A stretch of 64,000 nt of DNA, from NCBI GenBank assembly GCA_051439605.1, contig JBFRWN010000098.1, forward strand, positions 32,001 through 96,000, read 5' to 3'. Source of the DNA: Synechococcus sp. (GTDB lineage: Bacteria > Cyanobacteriota > Cyanobacteriia > Thermostichales > PCC-7336). Below are positions 63,616 through 64,000 of the stretch, piece after piece. Position 1 is the stretch's first letter; the number at the start of each line of letters is the position of its first letter. Both the position numbers and the translations under genes were made by a program. The notes beneath the pieces were generated by a model. The model did no database searches, was not told the origin of the DNA, and worked only from the letters and a program-made list of their open reading frames with translations.

Positions 63616-64000
63616 GGCCAAGAATTCTGGCATTAGATTTTGATGGAGTTGTGCTGAATGGGTTGCGGGAGTACTTTCAGACTGCCTGGCGAGCCTATCA
63701 ACAAATCTGGCCTGTCGATGTAGAAAAAGAAGTGGGACCAGAGCAATTAGCAACAATTGCCGATCAATTTTACCGGCTGCGGCCAGTAATTGAGATGGGT
63801 TGGGAGATGCCGGTGTTGGTGCGGGCGTTGTTGATGGGGGTGGCGGACGATCGAATTGAGGCGAGTTGGTCGCAGGTGCTGGATGAAATTACCGAACGGG
63901 AGGGATGCCAGCCCTCCGCTCTTGCCAGTGTGGTTGATGGTGTTCGGGATGTATGGATTCAGTCGGATTTAGCGGGTTGGCTGGCCATTCAGCAGTTTTA
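63612..64000 (+). CDS. HAD family hydrolase (partial, runs off window end)
   Basis: Manual translation from GTG at 63612 (overlaps the tsaE stop): MRPRILALDFDGVVLNGLREYFQTAWRAY...FYRLRPVIEMGWEM; DxD motif I. Confidence 0.85.
   Translation, partial: MRPRILALDFDGVVLNGLREYFQTAWRAYQQIWPVDVEKEVGPEQLATIADQFYRLRPVIEMGWEMPVLVRALLMGVADDRIEASWSQVLDEITEREGCQPSALASVVDGVRDVWIQSDLAGWLAIQQF

Overview
The window is 64 kb of cyanobacterial chromosome, shown by abundant HIP1 GCGATCGC octamers, psb30/psbI/psbU, ndhCKJ and lysA-cdaA-uppS. It is mostly housekeeping: the start of an ebo operon (eboA-eboB-eboC), typA, def, mutS2, plsY, comF, argD, ruvX-mltG-yqeG, dnaG, gcvH, eno, apt, pilD, desB, xth, corA, glgP, futC, cobD, recA and tsaE. 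Four genes missing from the ORF track were read by hand: eboC (partial), psb30, psbI and a terminal HAD hydrolase (partial). No CRISPR array, tRNA, rRNA or prophage was seen. The non-routine observations are: (1) an orphan Cys/His-rich protein with a C-terminal PD-(D/E)XK nuclease domain and no methyltransferase, between gcvH and eno; (2) a candidate ~225-nt structured transcript with a perfect Shine-Dalgarno, a 26-codon ORF whose start is stem-occluded, and a terminator (6805-7042); (3) two related 30-bp palindromes with compensatory changes bracketing an apparently intact IS630 element; (4) a perfect 24-bp inverted repeat before argD; (5) a C9 homopolymer that appears to frameshift a small conserved gene; (6) an isolated, AT-rich HepA-like ABC exporter. 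All family assignments come from motif recognition, not database searches.
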